Assembly: GCA_000934665.2 (NCBI GenBank)
Contig: KZ538098.1
Location: forward strand, 1-64,000
Source: Catajapyx aquilonaris
Lineage: Eukaryota
Length of the DNA: 64,000 nt
Direction: 5' to 3'
Shown: piece by piece, positions 63,501 through 64,000 of the stretch
How the letters are laid out: the number at the start of each line of letters is the position of its first letter
How positions within the stretch are numbered: the first letter of the stretch is position 1
Notes under the pieces: generated by a model
Seen by the model: only the letters and a program-made list of their open reading frames with translations
Told to the model about the DNA's origin: nothing
Database searches by the model: none
Translations under genes and position numbers: made by a program

Positions 63501-64000
63501 TCTATGCTCTGTCTCTCCTTCCCGGCCTTGGTGAAGCAGCTCCTCACTGACGGCTCGATGTTGGATCCCCCAAAAGCAGCCACCTCTCCAAGCTGGCGGG
63601 GAATCTGGATACAATCGTGCAGAAGAAGGCCCAACTTGCGCTGGTCAGCCAGTCGGTTGGGGTCGGCTATCAGTCGGAAGAGGTCTGCACAAAATAGAAG
63701 CACGTTAAATGCCTTCATCGCCATGCAAATGATCTAACTCACATCTGTATTTCTCCTCCAGATGTCCCTTGCAGAGCAGCACAAGTCCAACCTTGAATGA
63801 CAGCACGCGTATCTGTCCTGTGCGCTGAGAATCGTACACGTTGAGCAGCCAGTTCACACACATGTCAATGCAGAGTGGGACGTTGACCATCGTTGGATTG
63901 TCCGCAGCTATGGTTTCGTATAATGAAGTCAAGACTGTCACCATGTCCGGGACATCTATCAGCTTGTCGTTCTGAGCTCGGAGTCCATGCGCATCAAAAG
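60590..64000 (-). CDS. Dys: Dystrophin, C-terminal region (EF-hand region, ZZ zinc finger, coiled coil); exons >64000-63743, 63684-63357, 63281-63170, 63078-62822, 62020-61308, 60702-60590
   Basis: Motifs 'NWLLNVYD', '[34 protein letters not shown]', '[54 protein letters not shown]', '[25 protein letters not shown]'. Splice phases are consistent. Confidence 0.97.

Overview
This is eukaryotic, animal (probably arthropod) genomic DNA with compact GT-AG introns. It is not prokaryotic. The first 58 kb is a lineage-specific, duplication-rich cluster of three interleaved families. (1) Seven intron-containing HSP70-family genes with unusual architectures. Two are tandem double-NBD proteins of about 1,070-1,100 aa (degenerate ATPase domain, acidic linker, then a near-canonical HSP70). 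Three have a long disordered insert in front of a shrunken substrate-binding domain. Two are NBD-only, and one of these ends in a hydrophobic tail donated by a MITE. (2) One SEC63-like gene that splices in frame but lacks the J-domain. (3) Six intronless MpaB/DUF2236-like (ER-bound/rubber-oxygenase family) genes, two with nonsense mutations, plus one fragment. The 46-57 kb region is a transposon nest: a mariner relic, an intron-bearing Tc1 relic, a 4.9 kb nested foldback element and MITEs. The window ends in the conserved 3' part of dystrophin on the minus strand. All exon boundaries and family assignments were made by eye from motifs and reading-frame continuity; no database search was run.
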